A stretch of 64,000 nt of DNA from Calcarisporiella thermophila CBS 279.70 (Eukaryota > Fungi > Calcarisporiellomycota): assembly GCF_041956535.1 (NCBI RefSeq), contig NW_027192194.1, forward strand, positions 684,760 through 748,759. Direction: 5' to 3'. The translations under genes and the position numbers were made by a program. Shown here one piece after another: positions 63,678 through 64,000 of this stretch (positions are counted from its first letter, which is position 1; each line of letters begins with the position of its first letter). The notes under the pieces are model-generated. The model saw nothing but the letters and a program-made list of their open reading frames with translations. It did no database searches and was not told the DNA's origin.

Positions 63678-64000
63678 TTTATTGACGAAGAAAAAACTTG
63701 CATTTTTTGAATGATACCTACAGACGCGATTATATTAAAACTAGACTCATTTCACTCTCGTTGTCTTTGTGATGGTTAGAACATCCCTCCTTTGTTTTTC
63801 GCTCTGCTTTTTAGTATTACCCTTAACTCATATCATATCCTCTTTTTGTTTCTCCTCCTCTTCCATGTCTACGCCTATTTTATTGATGTTGGTTTTTTTG
63901 GATATTTCTTTTTTTTTTTGAAATACTGGTGTTCACTTTCCCGATTCTGAAGGAAGTGTGGAAACAAGTTTAGCAAATAAAAACAAATTGCATTTGGGAG

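Noticed and set aside
1-64000. CRISPR arrays, U12 (AT-AC) introns, selenoprotein TGA codons, intact transposons
   Set aside because: No spaced direct repeats, RTATCCTT donors, TGA at conserved Cys positions or transposase/RT motifs were seen in the gene models I read.

Overview
Gene-dense eukaryotic DNA with short spliceosomal introns. It is almost certainly fungal and, by inference from the protein sequences, from an early-diverging (Mucoromycota-like) lineage. I can support about 30 protein-coding genes, mostly housekeeping: YDJ1, a Pil1-family protein, a GPI cell-wall protein, a LIM-RhoGAP, NIC96, MCC alpha, OPY2, COX16, NCE101, an O-fucosyltransferase-like protein, NPT1, an MFS transporter, ACR3, ACR2, chitin synthase, CK2 beta, GRS1, a methyltransferase, SDT1, Yippee, SLC35F6, INO1, ARG8, an HSF-type factor, ANT1, SAM synthetase, APE2 and a PAQR/IZH protein. 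I found no rRNA, tRNA, CRISPR or intact transposon. Main points for follow-up: (1) a 57-aa secreted prepropeptide gene missing from the ORF track (52877-53050), with signal peptide, KKR site and mature AFCGGDPTPQCH-GRR-HGGHH; (2) a divergent ACR3/ACR2 arsenic-resistance pair with promoter palindromes; (3) an intronless, bacterial-looking methyltransferase; (4) an apparent GA-AG intron in SDT1; (5) a hidden mitochondrial presequence on APE2. Exon boundaries were read by eye and family calls come from recognised motifs; no database search was run.
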